From contig JAAZLE010000014.1 in NCBI GenBank assembly GCA_012799455.1, positions 42,324-106,323 on the forward strand: a DNA stretch of 64,000 nucleotides. Direction: 5' to 3'. This stretch comes from Clostridiales bacterium (lineage in GTDB: Bacteria > Bacillota > Clostridia > Christensenellales > DTU072). Numbering within the stretch: position 1 is the stretch's first letter; each line of letters starts with the position of its first letter. The notes under the pieces are model-generated. The model was not told where the DNA came from and made no database searches. It saw only the letters and a program-made list of their open reading frames with translations. This document shows, piece by piece, positions 61,769 through 64,000 of this stretch. Made by a program: the position numbers and the translations under genes.

Positions 61769-61925
61769 TTGACATTATTAAGCAAATCTTACATCATATA
61801 GTTAATCGGGGCGCAAGTCGAAGAAAATGAGGCTATCACCACGGTGGATAGACAGTGTGGAATTCCTCGCCCCCATATTTTAGGTAACAGCCCACACAAC
61901 ATTAAGCCCTCAAGGGCTTTTTTAT
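61769..61925 (+). ncRNA. candidate small-RNA unit C (promoter to terminator)
   Basis: TTGACA (61769-61774), 17 nt, CATCAT (61792-61797). Long-range helix GGGGCG...CGCCCC. Terminator AAGCCC-TCAA-GGGCTT plus a T7 run (61904-61925). Confidence 0.4.
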
Positions 61926-62490
61926 TGTTTGTTTTTCTCTTTCACTTTACTATTTACTTTCGCCTATTATTTATACAAGAACCCACGCCACTAACACCCC
62001 TTATATCTCCTCCTAAAACAGATTCGCATATTTTACGAGAAAATGTGCTTTTTCATAACGGTTTCCCTATGCTTTGTATACACTTCCAAACTCCCTCATT
62101 TTTTACATGTGTTTTCAAGCATACGATTTAAAAAGAATATTATCATTATTCTATTAAAAATATCCGCAGACTAAATATTGTCATTTCCGAAAAATCATCT
62201 CTTTTATTTATCGGATTTTGTCACATTTTATATTCCCTAATTTTTGTGTATAAAAGTCCTGCCCACTAACCCCTTAAAATACCTGTATAGATTAGTACCC
62301 TCTTACCTTTACTATTACATCATAGAACAGGTTTGTGTATTTTGAGAGAAGTAGATTTTTATAACAGTTTTCCTACTCATTCTCATTGCAACACATTTTC
62401 AAACTATGTTGGTTGAAAACTGTGGTTCAGACGAATAATACGGAGTTCAAGCTTTTTACTAAATATTGTAATATCAAACATCTAGTCACC

Positions 62491-63291
62491 CTACCAAGTT
62501 ATAATTTTATCTACTATTTCACGCTGCTCAGTTGATGTTAGTCTCAAATAAATTCTTGTGGTTTCTATACTATCATGTCCCATCAAATCCGCTAAAAGCG
62601 ATATGTCGTTATATTTTTGTATAAAATTTTTGGCGAATCTATGCCGAAATGAATGTGGATACACCACATCTGGATTAATCCCATATTTACCAGCGAACTT
62701 TTTGAGCTGTATAGAAATACCTCTTGTTGTTATTGGTTCCCCTGTGTTATTCAAGAAAATATAACCTAAGCCTCTATCTAGTTTTTTTAACCATTCTAAC
62801 GCTTCCACCTTTAATACTTTGGGTATATATATTCTTCTTGTTTTTCCGCCTTTCGTATACAAGTCAAGGTAGCCTAATTTAACATGCTCTACCTTTATTT
62901 GAACTAATTCACTAACCCTAGCACCAGTAGCTCCTAAAAACCTTACGACAAAATACCATTTAAGATTTTCTTCTTTCTTTAATGACTTCTTTAAGAACAA
63001 GTAATCAGCATCACTTATTACATTTTCAAGAAAAGGTTTTTGTTGGATCTTTACTGCAGTGATTTGTAAATCTTTCTTTTTGATATATGCTAAATACTTA
63101 TTCAAAGCTTGAATACGTAAGTTAACTGTCCTTACTTTGAAATGTTCAAGCATATATCCTTTAAACGCCAGTAAATTGGTCTTGTTTATTTCTCCGAACA
63201 ACCTTTTAAACATCACTATGGAATACTCATATGCAGATATTGTGTTTTTTGATAAATTTTTCTCTTTTAAATAATCTCTAAATTCTTTCAT
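62491..63291 (-). CDS. tyrosine site-specific recombinase (XerC/D-integrase family, 266 aa)
   Basis: GATGARVSE (Arg I), HSFRHRFA (His-x-x-Arg), GHDSIETTRIYL (His/Tyr). Confidence 0.9.
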   Translation of the reverse strand: MKEFRDYLKEKNLSKNTISAYEYSIVMFKRLFGEINKTNLLAFKGYMLEHFKVRTVNLRIQALNKYLAYIKKKDLQITAVKIQQKPFLENVISDADYLFLKKSLKKEENLKWYFVVRFLGATGARVSELVQIKVEHVKLGYLDLYTKGGKTRRIYIPKVLKVEALEWLKKLDRGLGYIFLNNTGEPITTRGISIQLKKFAGKYGINPDVVYPHSFRHRFAKNFIQKYNDISLLADLMGHDSIETTRIYLRLTSTEQREIVDKIITW

Positions 63292-63399
63292 TTTTATCCT
63301 CCTCTAATATATATCGTGCTAGTACTTTCAATATAATAGATAATTTAACGCTTGGGATAATTGCTATTATGAGAAAAGAGGGAAAAAAGAATATAATAA

Positions 63400-64000
63400 A
63401 CCGAAGAAATACCTTTCAAAATTCCTGATTCGTGGGCGTGGACGCGCTTAGGAAGCCTTGGGGAAATTGTGGGGGGCGGAACCCCTTCTACACATGTTAA
63501 AGAATACTGGGAAAATGGGAATATTGTTTGGATTACACCAGCATATATGAGTTCATTAACATCGAATTACATAATTGACTCGAATAGGAAAATAACCAAA
63601 TTAGGACTTAGAAATAGTTCTGCAAAATTAATACCAAAAGGTTCCATAATTATGTCATCAAGGGCTCCAATTGGCTACATTGCTATTAACAATGTACCTG
63701 CATGTACTAGCCAAGGATGCACATCGATTGTGCCAGTTTTTACTTGCATGAATGAATATATATTACTTGTTATAAAAGCAAGCATCACAAGAATTATAGA
63801 ATACTCAAAAGGAACAACTTTTAACGAAATATCAGCTGCAAAACTTAAAGAATTATTAGTCCCTTTAGCTCCATTAAATGAGCAGAAACGGCTATGTGAT
63901 ATGATAAAAGAACTCCATGGGCTAATAAAAAAAATATCAAGCGATTATGATTCAATTAAATGTTATTCAGTTATAGCGAAAAGAAAGATACTTGAGAACA
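63400..64000 (+). CDS. hsdS: Type I restriction-modification specificity subunit HsdS. It has no in-frame start codon and its 3' end runs off the window.
   Basis: Own translation: TEEIPFKIPDSWAWTRLGSLGEIVGGGTPSTHVKEYWENGNIVWITPAYM...SSRAPIGYIAINNVPACTSQGC...PLAPLNEQKRLCDMIKELHGLIKKI. The frame is closed by TAA TAA at 63394-63399, and there is no ATG/GTG/TTG before the conserved motif. Confidence 0.85.

Noticed and set aside
61844-62131. 95-aa plus-strand ORF in the non-coding stretch
   Set aside because: It has no RBS, it reads straight through the strong terminator at 61904-61925, and its translation is low-complexity Phe/Leu/Pro-rich.

Overview
AT-rich, low-GC Firmicutes-type chromosomal segment (Clostridia- or Erysipelotrichia-like by protein flavour; taxon not determinable here). 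Most genes are on the minus strand. No rRNA, tRNA, CRISPR array or transposase was recognised.

Gene content, left to right:
- 1-9.7 kb: a branched-chain amino-acid operon on the minus strand (ilvB-ilvN-ilvC-ilvD-leuA-cimA-leuC...). It is preceded by what reads as an Ile/Leu/Val-rich leader peptide plus a terminator/antiterminator attenuator.
- 9.8-15 kb: a GH114-like lipoprotein with an unknown partner, and a NatAB-type ABC-2 transporter.
- 15-22.4 kb: an HExxH protein, a RumA-type rRNA methyltransferase, an L-fucose cluster (fucI, a double-length class II aldolase, an FGGY kinase) and msrA.
- 22.5-38.3 kb: a GH38-like hydrolase, a metallophosphoesterase, a fused FGAM synthase (PurL) whose glutaminase nucleophile Cys is replaced by Ala, a surface protein with Listeria-Bacteroides repeats and a transglutaminase core, a heterodimeric ABC exporter, and an esterase.
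- 38.3-48.9 kb: a DnaA-box cluster, an M20 peptidase, aspartate kinase, cdaA, holA, and an acidic lipoprotein gene with an in-frame stop in its signal peptide.
- 49-61.3 kb: a glycan-utilisation-like block with three SGNH/SASA esterases, GH28 and two sugar symporters, interspersed with a C69 peptidase and a B12-radical SAM protein.
- 61.3-64 kb: a 1.2 kb non-coding stretch holding three tandem promoter-to-terminator small-RNA-like units. It is followed by a tyrosine recombinase back-to-back with a start-less hsdS, which suggests a phase-variable Type I R-M locus at the window edge.

All calls rest on reading the translations and the DNA by eye. No database search or folding computation was run.
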